In this document: one piece after another, positions 48,215 to 63,400 of the stretch
Numbering within the stretch: position 1 is the first letter of the stretch
Layout: every line of letters starts with the position of its first letter
Origin: Stylophora pistillata
Lineage: Eukaryota
DNA: 64,000 bases
Direction: 5' to 3'
Assembly: GCF_002571385.2 (NCBI RefSeq)
Contig: NW_019217855.1
Coordinates: 445,927 to 509,926 of the forward strand
The notes under the pieces: model-generated
The model's input: the letters and a program-made list of their open reading frames with translations, nothing else
Told to the model about the DNA's origin: nothing
Database searches by the model: none
Position numbers and translations under genes: made by a program

Positions 48215-51200
48215 GTTATCGTTGGAATGAAAGTGAACCGTATCATTTAATAACGCTCTTAAAAATAGAGAAAGCTGCCTGGAGAGTAGTCTTGTTAGGA
48301 TAAATGGGCTAATTTTGAGACGGGTTTAAGCCATGATTAAACTTGTGGCATCAAACACAACCGAGAGAAGACAAAAAATTGAAATAAATACTCGTTTGTT
48401 GACATCTGTTTAAGTTGCTTTTGCCCACCAACGTTCCTCAGTCTGTTGTTCGAATTACGTCTGAAGTAGAGACCCTCCTTAGTTCCTCAACTGTGTACAA
48501 GATGGTAAGATGACTTATCAAAGCTCAACTGAATCTCCTAAGCATAACATCTCAGCGTCATTCTCTGAGAACTGGAAGATTCAGAGCTTGGTGGTGGTTT
48601 CAAGATTTTGTTCTAACAGAGGAAGTTTCCCAAATCACTCACTACGCTGTATTTAAATATGCCCATCTGTATCGAAATTATGATCAACGTATCAAATCAG
48701 CTATGTGCTGGTAGCATTAACAACGCTCTCCAGATGCGCTAAACAAACACAAGAAACAAGTCCAACTCGTAAAATTACTGTTATTACGCTTATCAAATAC
48801 ACTTTGCAGATCACTATTTCCATAACCTAAATATATACAAACATAATATGAAAGATGTTTTCCCTGATTTACAAAAAATCTCCAAACTTCTTAAAAAAAA
48901 AAAAAGAAAGTTTGAGACGGAAGATGGTTCGAGAAACAGTAACTAGGAGTGAACGCTACCATGCCTGAGCAAGCCCACTGGATTTTTTCAGTCGAAAAAG
49001 ACTTTTGTTATAAGATTTTTCTAGTATCTGCAATTAAAATACATACTCCTGTTTTGACTGAAAAGTGATCTAAATGTTGTTAGGGAGCGAAACGTACTTT
49101 CCCACGTTGACGTGGGTGTCTAATGATGCATGACAAGCTCGATACTTCTTTTGTTAAAGACTCGTTATTCAAAAACAAGTCTGAAAATTATAGAACTAAA
49201 CAATGGCACAAAGTCGATACTTTGCTCACTTCTACATAGTAACAACACTTCTTTTTCTTGAAAATCTCTTTGGACCAAATTGCGCCATTTCGTTTCTTAC
49301 TCCTTTCTTTTTTACTATAACTTCTTTTTCAAAAACATTTACGATATTTCGATATTTTGAGCAATCGAAAAACAAACTCGAAACTGACCCAATGTTTACT
49401 ACTAATTGTTGAAAGGACTTTGTTATGTTTTGGTCGCTTGGAAACCCGTAGGGACCAGACTGTGCCTTTATGTATTTGTAGGGAATCACTAACATGGCTT
49501 GACCGCAAATAATACCGTATAAAATACTGGTAAGTTCTTTAACTTGGCTCGTATCAGGAGACAGGAACTGAAAATAAACAGCCAGAGGCATGTTAAAAAC
49601 AGATTTATGTACTCTATTTACCAAAATATGACGTCAGCTTTGCTCTTTACTTAATCTCATGATATTGAGTTTCAGCGTTTGATATTACTAATCAGTTCAA
49701 ATTTATGATAATTAGTACAGTATTTCAATGATTTGTTGTCATTCCACTCAATTAGATTCTAGAAACCATTGAGAGAGTGCGTGACAACTTATAATTATAA
49801 ATAGTTATAATAATTATAATAATAATAAAAAACAAATTATAATAATTATAATAATTAACGCACGTTCAATATTAATATAGTGATAACTTCCACGCTCACA
49901 TAAATTACACGCAACTCCGTTTTATCTACCATAGTTACATCTCACAACAAATATATATAAATAAACCGTGAAGTCTAAACTGAGAAGGCCGTCAATAGAA
50001 ATGGTTTTCTTATGTTATTGCTTTCGCGAGGAGACACGTCGAACTACATATACATTTTTTGTTCATGTTTTCGGCTAGCCTTGCTCATTACGATAGAAAA
50101 GAGGAAAGAGAGACGGAAATCGTGATAACAGAAACTGTAACACATGTCAGGATTTACGTATTTGAGAAAAATAGTTCTGGTGAAACTGAAGCTCCACCAA
50201 AAGTCTAGAAGAGTCTAACATCTATAAGGGACTATATTTTAATTCACTAAAGAGCTCTACATTAGCAGATTTCAATGCAGGTATTAATGTATTTACAGAA
50301 ATTCCTTAGTATTCAAATTGTCTTTGACACGTGAAATTGCTCTTTTACAAAGAGCTTTGATTACAAAATTATACACATTGCAGAAGTTTGGATCATCACG
50401 AACTGTGTTCTTGCTTAGACTATCCTAAAGATTGAAGGAAAATTCCATATTTATGGATAAAAGTCTATAACACTTCCAAGGTTAAAGGTTTCCTTATCTC
50501 CAAAGCAAAATATGTTCCAAGGTATAATCTTTAAGTGACCGATAAAGTGAAATAAATCAGTATTCGTCACACCATGTAAAAATAACATTTCTCATTGTTC
50601 TATTTTATACAGCTTGCTTGGGGGCACGAAAAAGTTCCGCTTTCTAGAAAAACAAGTCAATTTGTACCAGTGTCTCTAAATGGAAAGAGCCTTTTTCTTT
50701 TTTCCGCTTTAAAACAATTTATCGCCACGGGCTGTACCAAAATAAACAGGAGGTCAGAAAAGATTTGTTATCACCAGGACTATTTTCTACTTCAATTAAT
50801 TTTTTTTTCATGTTATTTGACCATTAATGATGAAGCGAACGACAAGATAGAGCTTGTTAACACATTTGGAAGTCAATATCTACGCTTTAATTGAATTTCA
50901 AGTAATTAGCTGTTTGATTTGATATAAAAGACTACACCATTTAAATTTCCAACATAATCATTGAAACTGTGTTTAATTACAGTCTGTTTTCATAGCTGGA
51001 GAGGGCTGACAGCACGTCATAATAAATTGTTTTAAACTATCCATTTATAGAGATATCTTTAGTCTGTGATGTCCGATGCGCGTGTACAGATGCACCCTTA
51101 AGCGGAGTGCCAAACAAAACTTGCTTAAAAAGAGAGTATTGCGGAGCTGCTTTTTAGAGAAAACAATATTCTTGAGCCGAGGTGATCAAGCATATCAACG

Positions 51201-54200
51201 TGTTTAAAACCACTTTCCCTTTTACAACCCAACCAGAACAAATTATTAAAATTGGTTTAAAGTCCACACAAAAGCCAAACAAAGAGAGAGCCCAAAAACT
51301 CACTTCAAAGAGAATGCCGACAGCGCCGACGATGTTGGGAATGGCACGAAAGTTGAAAAGCGTGGCAGAGAGTTTCTACTTTTAGGTTGTAATAAATGGA
51401 CACCATCCATATTATTTGACTTTGCTCCAGAGTAAAAAACGACAGCATGCGAGCTGGAAATTTTCACAGTAACTTATTTGAATACGAGTCATTCGGCCAT
51501 GCATGTGTAGCTGTGCTTTACATATTTGCAACGTCAAAGGGTTCCTGTTCAGGCAGGTTTTTACGAAGAAAAGAACGAACAGAGTAATTTTCTATGCAAA
51601 TGAGATTGGAGCAAATGGTTGAGACTGCTTCATGGATATTGCGATGGATTTAGAGTCATTACCATCTTGATTAGCTTTGCATGTTTCCCAATCCTTTTAG
51701 AGCTTTTGGAAGATGTAATAACCAACGGTCTAAGCAGCAACCTTTCTATAAGATCTCAGATAATAAGTTGTTCGCAGACTATTTTTAAGCACTCCTTTGA
51801 GAGGGTTCTATGATAGTATGTCTTGTTTGAAAAGATAATTTTAACATTCTCAATCTGTCACTTCACTTAAAGCTATTGCATTCGCCATGCACCACTCAGT
51901 GATGGTATTTTTCTCATTGTTCCCTTCTCACAACACTCTCAACAATGAAGATCTCCTGGACATGAAAAACCGCCAAAAATCCGAGCACACGAAATGTTCC
52001 AATACGAATTGCAAAGGGTAAAAGCAATCGCTCAAATAAAGGCCAGGGCGACAATTTAGAAATGTGATTTACTTCAACTCACTTACGTAACTGAATAAGG
52101 AACATAAAAAAAATTACGTTTGTCATATACACAAAGGCATACATCGTTAAACGTTCATTCTGTAAAGAAAAATTAGGCATGATTTAGACATGCAATTCCG
52201 TTTATTTTTAACAACGAAAGATTGGTAATAAATGTATGTGATCAATATTACTTTCTCTCAAATATAAGCACAATTTCACAAAGGGCAAGTCCCTCTAAAT
52301 CGGAAACTCCATTGCCTTAATTTTTTATCTTAAAATTGAAACTCTTGGTGCACTCCTACTATTTTCTACATTAAATTGTTTTGGTAGGGAAGGAACAATT
52401 CTGTCTCCGCAGTCATTATACTTCACATACCAATCCGTCAATGTATTTTAAGACATGTGTCATTATATTAATAGCAATCTTTTTTTCTTTCCAATATTTA
52501 TGGCGACAAGATGATGTATAAATCTTTGTATTTAAAGGTAACAGTTAAGAGAGTCGTAAACGTTCAAAAGCGATGAAAAACTCCTGGACTCATCTATCTA
52601 AACATCGAGCTGTGCTTTAAACAGATATTCCGCTCATTCAAAAAACACACAGGGCGAAAAAAGTCTTAATGAAATTTGACGGTTTTTCATATAAACATAA
52701 CCTTTGAGGCTAGCTTACAACTCCTCAAAGATAATTCCTTTTCCTTGTTGTGAACAAGAATACGAACAATGGGAAAGAACGATTTTAGCCGGTCGCCACG
52801 AGTCAGTTCAATCAAACGTTATTTTACATTTCGATTCTAAGACAAGTTGTATTTCTATGGAAAATAAAGCTGGCCCGATGGTCAGTTAGCCAAGATACCT
52901 TACCGAATTACCATTCCAACTCGGGAAGTTGAGCATATCCGATTCTTTCATCTTTTCATTTTGCAGTGACTGTTCAATTTTTACTTTCTTCGGTTTAATC
53001 AAAACAATTCCAAAGAGAGAAGTGACAGTAAAGATAGGGATTCTAGTATTTTGAATTATACTCATTAAACAAAAGTAAGTCATTCCACAAGTGGCCATCG
53101 GTACAGTGAACGAACTACCGCTGCGAAAAGTTATAAGTTATTTTAACCATAAGAAACAAAAATTAAAATTGAAAATAAAAATAAACATAGGAACAGCATT
53201 TTATTGATTCCTGCTTTTTTTTTTTTTACAAGGAACATTTGTCATGCAAGAGACATGATTTGAGATTGTTTCTAGGCCAGGCAGAAATGATTTCGGCTGA
53301 GGCTAGTTTGCAAGCTCACTTTTATCTTTAACAGGATGTTTCACTTCTCTTTATAGTCCCTGATTAAGATACCTGTTTGGTGTACAGTTCAGTTCATTTG
53401 AATTACATTTCAACATGATTATATTTTTCCCCTCTATTCCTTGTATTTGCGCGTTTTGTCAGTTGAGGTGAAACACGCGCTAACATTGGTCGATTCATAC
53501 GTTGATCGGATGGTTGAATGCGGAAAACTCTCACTGCTTTGACGACATGCAACATACTTTCGTTTTTTCCTCTTTCGTACCGAACACGGAAAATACTAAT
53601 AAAAAGACAAACAGCTCATGGGATAACAGTTAATAACAGTGGTTCAACTGGTGCAAAGAGCACCTTTAAAGCGTCAGAACACGAAGGAAGCCTCATTGCG
53701 ATGGTGAAAGCAACAGAAATACGATCTCTCTCGCCTATTTGTTCTACGTAAATGTTTACCTACAGCACTCAGCCCTAGCTGGTCTATGAGTATTTGGCGC
53801 TGAGTCTTTGGAGCTCAACTTTGAAACTTCATTGGCGTACATTTACGTTTCAGAAACACTTTTTGCTTATTCTTTTACTTCTTTGTTGTATCCTGCAAAA
53901 AAGAAAAATGGTGGAAATAACTTGTGAACCAAGGTTAAGGCTTGTGGCATGCCTAAGCTTATACGTTGGAGAATGGGACCAAAAAGGAAAATGAAAAGGA
54001 ATTAAGGGTTAGCAGAAAAAAGAAGCAACAATCTTACTTCAAAAGAAATGCCAGTTCGGGGCAAAATCTTATCGAGTAATTTCCTTGGCGCGGAATAGGA
54101 GTCTCGTTTTGGATGCAAAGTACTTCAAGTTCAGCAAAGTTGAACTAAGACCTTGACGAAGACCAGGTAAGAGAAACCACAAAAATTGTACTTGTTATCT

Positions 54201-54417
54201 CATTATCATAACCATCAAGTACATCAAGGCCTCTATTGTACAACCACCCCCTCCCTAATTAGTTCATATACATGAAGCTTAACTGGAGACGCAGGAGAAG
54301 AGGTTGTATAATATTGGAGTACTCGCGAGGGACTCAGACTTTTTATCTGTGCCACGCTAAATACCAAACGAAGAACCATCCTTCGTGAGTTTTTGATTGA
54401 TCTACATTGAGCCGTAA

Positions 54418-54478
54418 TTTGGAGCCACAGTTTGGAGCCATAGTTTGGAGCCATAGTTTGGAGCCATAGTTTGGAGCC
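54418..54478. repeat. Minisatellite, 13-bp unit tttggagccatag x ~4.7
   Basis: Directly visible tandem array. Confidence 0.9.
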
Positions 54479-57400
54479 TGGCATAGCTTAGCGTTTTTTC
54501 ATCGAGAGACTGGAAAGGTTTTAACTCAAATTTATGACCATTAGGGGCACTTCTGCGACATTTGAAATATATGAGATGGAATAAAGAGTATCATGGTTTA
54601 ACAATAACAAGTGCATACTCGCCAAATTTCATAACCCGCGTGTTTCAAAGAATTCCATGAGTCCGCCGTCTAAACAAATTACACTTAATCCTCGAACAGA
54701 GCAGCACTTTATTAACAGACTGAACATAACGAGGATGCATTTCTCTTGCAAAGCATCAAAGAGAAATACAACTTCTAAGAACGCCATATTATCGGAATTC
54801 AATCAGCCTTGAAAAACATCAAAGGCCCATTGCAACTCTGAGTTTGTTCGTTTGCAAGGTCGTTAACCAGTTGACACAATGCCACACTCACCTGCTGTCT
54901 TACTCATTAGTTACGCATACCTGAAGAACAATTTATAAATACTCCTTTGTATTTCATTTGGACCTTTTGAAGCCTGGTTAAAAGGTGCTATAGACAGAGT
55001 GTCCCTCTCTTTACAATCTGCTAAATATTTTGGTAAATTAGAACAAATGAAAAAGCGAAAAAACTTTCGACATATAAACTACAAAGGAAGGTTTTAGAAG
55101 CACTCCATGTAATTAACACTCTTTCCTTCAAGAAGGAGAAATTACCGATATCGTGTCAGGGGTGCCAATTAGTTTGTTTTTTGTCCATAATATTAAACGG
55201 TACGAAATAAATGCAGTTGGGCAGCGCAAAGAACAAAGACGTAACAAACAGGAAATTTTAGTCGCCTAAAGCAGCATACCCATTGAGAAATTGTTTTATT
55301 TAATTGTGATAAAAACAGCTCTTGAACTCATGACGGAAAATCTTGTTCGTTCTTTGTTTTCTGTTTGCAATTAGTTCTAGAGGCAACAATGGCACATCAG
55401 AATACCGCTGCTTTTCTGGTGGTGACCTCAATAAATTTCATTTCAGGGCCTGACTGGAAAAGTGGGTTTAAAATACTTTCAAAGCCATTCTTTAAAATTT
55501 TGACGTTTATAGACCCAGATAACACAACTATGTGAAAAAGATCGAAATATGTTACATTTTAGATTGGTTATCTTCTCGTATTCGTTGCGTGCTGTGACAC
55601 AACATGACAAGGTTCGATGAGAAAATGGACTAGATCTAATCTTTAAACTATTTTCTTCGTTGAGATAGTTTTCTTTATCATGTTAACGACATATAAGACC
55701 TGATGAACACAAGACAACTCTTATGTTGCACGCTGTGGAATCAAGTGAAAAACTTCCAAGGCAAATTGGATTTCTAAAAAAATGTTAGAACTGATTTCCT
55801 TCGCTATCTTTATCGTGTTAAAAAACAAAATCTCACTCCCGTTAAACAAACACAAGACCAAACAGGAAATTATTTATGTCCTAGGGGTCAAAACGCGAGT
55901 GTGCTTAATGAGTTATTGTACTTTTTAGGGTAATTGTAGTTTAATTGTAATTCCAAGAAACCATCTGAGCAGAAACAGGAAAAATCCGATTTCGAAAGAG
56001 CAAAATCAAAATTTTTCCTTTTGTAGTTTGATCACGTAGTTAATCAACAAGAAGCCATGATATTAATTAAGCCGAATTTATGAAGCGAAAATTGCCAGAA
56101 ATGCGATGAACTAAAACTTCCATAAGAAAACTAGTTGCCCTCACAAGTTCATTATCGGCTCAGGAACTACTGTCGTCAGAGCCGTGTAATATGCATATGT
56201 GTTTACATACATTCATCACAAATTCGTCTATCGACAATATTAAAGCACTGGGAACATCATTACCACTAAATAAACTATAGAACAAAACAACAATTTCTTT
56301 CAGTGCTTTAGTGAATGTTACATCCATATAACAAAACCGGCAGCTATCTAAGTATTTTTCTTGCACGTGCGAGCAGGGAATATTTACCGACTAGGCATTT
56401 AAACTAACATATAAACTTAAAGTGACGTGACGTTAATATGACGTCAACAACACGAACATGTCCAAGCGCAAGGAAATCAAGAAAACAGTGGGGCGAGTTT
56501 TGCAGAGGAACACGTCTTAGATCATAGCTCTATACTTTTACTTTGCAACTTGTATATGAACAATCTCATTGATCATCGATTAAAGGGACTTCTTTTACAT
56601 ATCAAAGGCGCGATGAACTTTTTCAAAGGCTGCCCATGAGTGTAGCGTTTTCTATTGCGCAAAACGATTTAAAGCACAACTGAGCCTTCAAACTTTCTTC
56701 AGTCGAAAGTTTTTCCAGGCTAAGAAACACTCTTGGTTCATCTCTTTTACGCGACAGATATCTACTTATGTTCCTAGAATGTACTTAACCTTTGCAAAAA
56801 AAACAGCGAATAATATATTTTCTAAATTGCATTAACATCTTATGCCGTACGTGCAGGTAGAGCACACAAGGGCAATACACTACAAGCATCCCGGGAAATA
56901 CACCACTTGTCACCGATACCTGAGGCCAATAACACGAAAAAATTTCAATTTATCATAAAAGCGGCTAAAATATTTTAACAACCGCAGTGATACTGTTTGT
57001 TAATTTATTTAACTCCCACGAAGACAACTTGCATGACACAAATAATCCCGTTAACTGGGTTTCTTGTCCCTCAAATAAGGTAAATCATACGTGTCTTAAA
57101 GTTTACTTTTAGCCCTCAGTTTTGCCGTATTTTTATGTAGCTATATATCTATTAGTACTAATTGGTCCATGTAAAAACCTGATTAGCATGAGTGTTTGGT
57201 GTGATACCACAAAGGAATTTACGAGTAAAAACAAGACAAAGACATAATTAGCTAATTAGCTTCCTCTAACAAAACACCCACACTACCAATATCGTTGTTG
57301 GTTTCGTTTCATTCCCCGTGAAACACGTTATCGTCACTTCATTGTCACTTTTTCTTCCACATATGTTCACATTTTGATAATTCTGCTGAACAGGGTCATG

Positions 57401-60400
57401 ACCACTTTAATATTTCCTCGAAATTTCGGTCAATAGTCAAATTCAAAGGTGTCATCTAATTCATGATTGCTAAATATTTATTATACATGTATCTAGAACT
57501 GTCAACAAAATCCTTTCCATCCACACTCCAGGACGACGTTGGATCCTTTGCACGTAAACCATTGTAAATAGTCCACATAGGTTTAATTTCATTTGTTGCT
57601 TTACTATTTTATCAAGATAAATAATTTGACCTTTTTACATGAAATAACAAAGACAGAATGGTAAATTTTAAGATTATGATTTCTCCACAAAATAAACGTG
57701 ACTGATCGTTTGCAATCGTGACCTATTTCGAAATAAGAATCCTCTGTTTGAAGTCATTTAGAAAGCGCCATTTATCGAGTCAAGTATCTGAGCAAACTTC
57801 GATGACAAACAAAACAGGCAAAATTGGCTTAAATGCCGAAGTCCTCAACTACATCAATATTTAATCTATCAATTAGTTTCAGTCATGCATATCACAGTAC
57901 AGATACCTAAGAAGCACGAATTTACAGAGTATTTAAAAATAAATATCTTAATCCCTCTCGCTGTAAAGAGGTAACACAGAGCACCTTCCCTTCAAAAAAG
58001 AAAACGCGCAGGGTTTTGCACAGTCGTTCATCAGTTAAATAACTTAATGGCTTGTGGATTTGAGAGAATTAAAAAAAACTGGAGAAACTGATTTCTCAAA
58101 GCTCCAAGGACCATGTGTAGAAATTTCAGTGCTGTTCTTATCTGCAACGCGTCGACTTAGAGAGGCCAATTAGAAGAAGTTCGCCTTTTACTTGAGCTTG
58201 TTTCGACTAGGTAACACATGCTAAATATTAACAGCAAATTAGCTGTCAATCATGCCTTGCATTAAAAAGCAGTGAAAATTTCCGGGTTCATAATTTAGAT
58301 GTTGAACTGCAAAGAAGGGAGCGAGATTTCTACGGCTTATGCAAAAAGTTTTATATATCATGGAAAGACATGTAATATCTGATGAAGGTTAAAGAATCAA
58401 CCTTTACTTCAGAGACACTAGCTAGGATGTGGTCATCAAGAGCAGCTGTAAGTAATCGGGTAGTCTAAGCGGAAATACCACTTTCCACCATGAAGATTTG
58501 ATATTTTTTAAAAACTACATCTGGAAGGGCCGATCAACCACTACAATGATGTGTTCTAGACAAAGAAAGGAAAGACTCGTGATTCTCGATAGCCACTTCT
58601 CACATCACTGTTCAGTTGAGTTAAGGACTGCTCAAATTTATTTATGTGGGAGATTAAGCATAATGGATATCTGGGCTGTACAAGGTGTTCGTATGGACAA
58701 ATTCTGGCTGCAAAATTGTAGCGTCATTCGCTGGAATTGGCAGCCTCACACGCCCTGTCTACGTTCGGCCAAAAACGGGCATGAACCAGACAGAGGGATA
58801 GCGCGCCAAGAAAAAGCGGGACTAATAAGCCATTAAGTCAAAGAAACGCAAGGTATAGCGTGTTTGTGAACCACTAACTAAAGGCTCCTTTGCACTGATA
58901 CAATGCATCTCATCATTCTAAAAATGACAGCCTTGAGGAACTGATCTGAGCAGAGCAAGCAAGATACACGCACACTAAAATTCTCTCTTAATTTCTACAC
59001 GAGTTTTCTTTTGGCAATCTCGAGCTACAAGGACCTTAAAAGACAGTCAATGAGGCAAAAACACACTCACGCAAGAACCTCGGCTGAGAGGTTTGTGGTA
59101 TATGGCAAGAAATTAAAGCGACTATACTTGTTGGATGAGTAAGTTTATCTCATGGTATCTTATTGAAGGTCACGTGACTGATTCAGTTAGTGTTTCATTT
59201 TCTTGACACCTAATTCATGAAGAAGGAAAATCCGTCTGCTAGATTATGGGAATCGGAAGGAGAGTCTTCTCGAAATTTAAGATAACAAAATGTAAATAAT
59301 CTCCTTTAAGTGTATCCGAAAATCAGAAGTATCAGTTTGCATTTCAAGTTCCCCTTCAGCCTGTAGACACTTTCCTTTCTGGAGCGTTCGACCGACATAT
59401 GTGCAAAGAAACATTGAAAGTCCATAAGTGCTGTCGGTCCGGAAACTTGAAATTACAAGTGCAATCATTGGGATCTCAACTGAGATTTACCTGCACTAAC
59501 AGGATAGATAGATCACGTGCTTTTAAACTAAGATCTTTATTCTTATATTTGCAGGGAAACTGAAACAACATGTAGAGCGTCGACCTTCGAGTGAAGTATC
59601 AGCTCAGTAATGCATGAATGCATGCCCAGCAGACGGTATGTTCTGCTCTGCGGTGGGGGCTGGATACTTGAAATGACTGATACTGTGAAGATTTTATTTT
59701 ATTTTGCCCTGAAACCAGTCATCTTTGAGTCAAACATTTTGCGGTGTCCACCTGATCAAAGAAGACCGTTCGTAAGGTGTTGACTTAAATGTCACGCTGT
59801 TTTTAAATTTTAGGGCACCTGTGCTGGAGAAACTGGTTGTTAAAACTTTAAACGCTCATCAGATGTTTAAAGCCGTAACTCTCACTAAATATTTGGATTT
59901 TAAAGTTTCTATCAAGGGTTTTACTAGAAGGCTTTTCGGGGTTATAAAATTCACGGTTGACATTACGAGCTTTGGAATTTCACTGAACGCCCCTACTAGT
60001 AACTGGTCATTACAGGGATTTTAAAACACGTTCAGTGTTCGCCCACAGTAGCTATCACTTGTTTATCATGTGTTAAGGTTTCCATCAGAATATTTATGAA
60101 AGAAATGTAACTTATCATTGGGGTTCATATTGTATTCAGTCAAGTATGCCGAACGTCAAACTATTCCACATCTGCGTAATGCTACGAAATAGCTTCCTTT
60201 TGGTTTTACAACCCAAGAAATATGTTACAAAACGTGTTTCTATTAAACATACGTATTTAAACATATTTTTAGCAAAGAGGTAGCCGACAAAAATAAGGAT
60301 TTCAAAGTATGGGGTAAGAATTAATATATGCAAATAGTACTGGGAGCTCACACTGTCCGCTCTGTTAAGAGCTCTCGGTGAAATTCACAAAATGTTTGGA

Positions 60401-63400
60401 GTTGTATGTGGCAGATTGTCTAACAATCCTTTTGTTCCACACCCACTTCTTGTTGCGAACAAGTTTACATCTTTCAAAACCGCTATGTTGCCCACAGCAA
60501 AAGTCTACGCAGAGGAACATCGGTCTTGACGCAGTTGAGTGGGCCGTTGATTATTCTTCTCCAAAACGTTTTAAAGGTCAACAAGCAGGATGTCGACTGT
60601 TTTGAGGCATCTAACCATGACCTGTCGCGATGTTACTAATCATCTCGGTTCTTAGTTACCGCCGCAACTTGTCAGCAACAAATCACACCTACGCAAATTA
60701 CGAAAACTTAAAAGAACAATGATGCCCACTTCGCTTTTTCGGTTTAAAGTATACACCAAATATATCGCAAGAGATACTGGAAATTATCAGGTGACCAACC
60801 CGACAAAAAGGCGACAATAGTGGTATTGACTTACTGACGTATGTGCAAAACAAGTCGGTGATATTGTTTGTATGAAACTATCGCGAGAAGATGCTCTTGA
60901 ATTACCACAGTAAGTTTATGAGGCAATTAAACAAATTTAAAACCACAAAACAATTTTTGGTACAACAGATTTAAAGGTCTTAATGATGATTCGAAAACAT
61001 TGCCAAATGACGTTTGTCTTTTTAAAAAGTGGTATCTCTTTGGATACACTTGAAAGAACTTGAGGCATTTTTGTAACTTTGGACTTATGTACCAGTCATC
61101 TGCGATTCTAAACCTCCTAAAATGAAAGTTTGATCGAAAAAAGGCTTTCTGAGATCATATGAGATGATAACTTGTTCAAGAAAGAAAATTAGGCTATGGC
61201 AAAGACCGTGGGAATCTGTCGTGTTTAAAACGGGAACCGCGAAATGCCCTTCAGCTAATCACCTGGATGTTAATAAAACATTGCCGAGCGAACTATCATT
61301 TAGCAGTCTCCCGATAAGGCAAGTATTCCATGAGGAGGACTTTAATAACAGACTATACTTTCTCACTGAAAAACGTTTTGCTTTTGTCAAACAGGCCTGG
61401 CCCATGTTTTTTTCAGTGTTTTTTTTTTCTTTAGAACGCATACCAACACACAAGCGTATGACTTGGTGAGCATTTCTGACACAGTCTACGACTTCATCTT
61501 CAAAACAGTTGACCCGCGCTTAAAACAAAATTCCATTCCTTTCAGTGATTTGCACCGTGTATGGCGTTGAAAATCGTTAGACTCACGACCTTCGGCAGGC
61601 ATGCAGGCTGCCCGAAATTTTATGATGCGTTGTCTAATTGATCGCAATATCAAATGAGCGAGTAAATTGGTAGGGGTTCTAATTTATAACTTTCCGCATA
61701 GAAGGATATTTTTGAAGATGTTTGTAATGTTTGTATTTTTGGAAATTCGATCGGTTTGGTATCGTATTCTGGGCCAAAGTGCGGCTGAAGATACGTAAGC
61801 GCTGTCGCACACACACACCAATGAAGTCTAAATTATGACGTTTTACAGCTTCCTTTTCGAAACGACGTGAGATAGAGGAAATTGTAAGAAAAATTAAGTG
61901 CTTGGAAGCTGTATGGTCATCTTGATGTTGAATGAACCAAGGCAAATTAAGCTAAGTAAGTGCTAGACAAATAAAACAAGAATTTTTGTGCGTTGCTGTT
62001 CCTGAGACCGAAATGTTTCGTTCTATACGACACCATACCACTAGTGGCGGGAGTTTTACTGTCGCCCACACACTGGCATATATGACGTCATTCATGACGA
62101 CAAGAAACCGTTCTACAACGTCTCAACAAGATTTCGTCTGTAAACCAAATAACTGAAAAATATTAGGAAGTTAACAAAACCGCTGAAGCTCTTTTCCACG
62201 AAAATGCGTTTGAAAAAAAATCGTGCACAATAATTTACGCTCGTTTGAAGTACGATCGTTATCAAATTCCACCAAATGAAGTGAAGCGTTACATTAGACC
62301 GCTAAGGCATTTAACTAACGGCATGTTCTGCCAATCTCAATAAAAGACAAGGATTGGGAGACCTATTTTTTTCTTGTCTTGTGAACATTCTGGTGAACAA
62401 AACGTGGCAGATAAAACGCGAAAATAAAACTTTTCGCAGAATCACATTAAATGCAGAAAAGTGTGCATTGTGTAATATTTCAGGGGATTTAAATTTTTGC
62501 CTAACTAATGCAGGCTTGAGCGAGCTGTCTTCACAAATACTTAAGATCCGATTAAGCAGCAGCGCGCGTGCAAAAGTGAAATGTTAATGCTTAATACATT
62601 TGACAGAAGTCATACTTTCGATCAAGATCCCAACGCATTAGAACACAGATTTGTAGAGGGTACGACAATATTGTCCTATCTGGCGTGACAAGATGTCAAT
62701 TTACATGAGAGGCATCGCACGTACGCCACAGAAACAGAGTCCTATCCTAATTTGAACTATAGTCTTGCCCTATAAAGAAATCCTATGGTGCAATATTATT
62801 TCAGAATAAGAAATCACTTTAGCAAAGAGACATAACATCTTTCTAACTGCGGTAACACATCCACTGGAACGAAGGTGTACATTTGTGAGAAGGCTTTTCG
62901 CCCCGTTCTTTCTGACGTCAGAGCCTATTGTGTCGAATAGAACCACCGGATGTCATAACAACCATTGGCCTGTCATTCAAATCATATTTTAATCACAAAT
63001 GAATGAACTGTTTTTAAAAGAGGATATCAAATGGGCTTAATTACAACGTGCTTGCACTGGGCAAGACATCACACGGTTTAACTCCACGAGAAAGTGAATT
63101 GCGGCGCCCGGCGTTTGGAAACTACGAAAACCAGGCTTTCAACGGTAACCACTCCAGCAGAAATATTCACATTCACAAAGCTAGAAAGCTCCAAAACGCA
63201 AGTATTTAAGAACTCAGACCTCACAAGGCGAAGAACACTCCAAGTCTCATCGTTAAAGAACGATAGCAATCCACACGGTAAGTGTCATGCGCACAACAAT
63301 CTCGAGATGTGGTACAAAGGAAAATTGGATTAGGATAAAAAGTGATTTGCGTGCTTTCTTTGTGGAGTTTTATCACAGAGGAGAAAAAAATTTATCGCTG

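Noticed and set aside
49232-49624. 130-aa minus-strand ORF
   Set aside because: No recognisable domain, non-ATG start, no supporting splice structure.
54418-54478. CRISPR-like array or the coding repeat in ORF 54233-54484
   Set aside because: Head-to-tail 13-mer with no spacers, in eukaryotic context; the unit is not a multiple of 3.
59555-59635. Possible isolated exon (tttgcag...gtatgt)
   Set aside because: Splice-like signals only; no partner exons or protein similarity.
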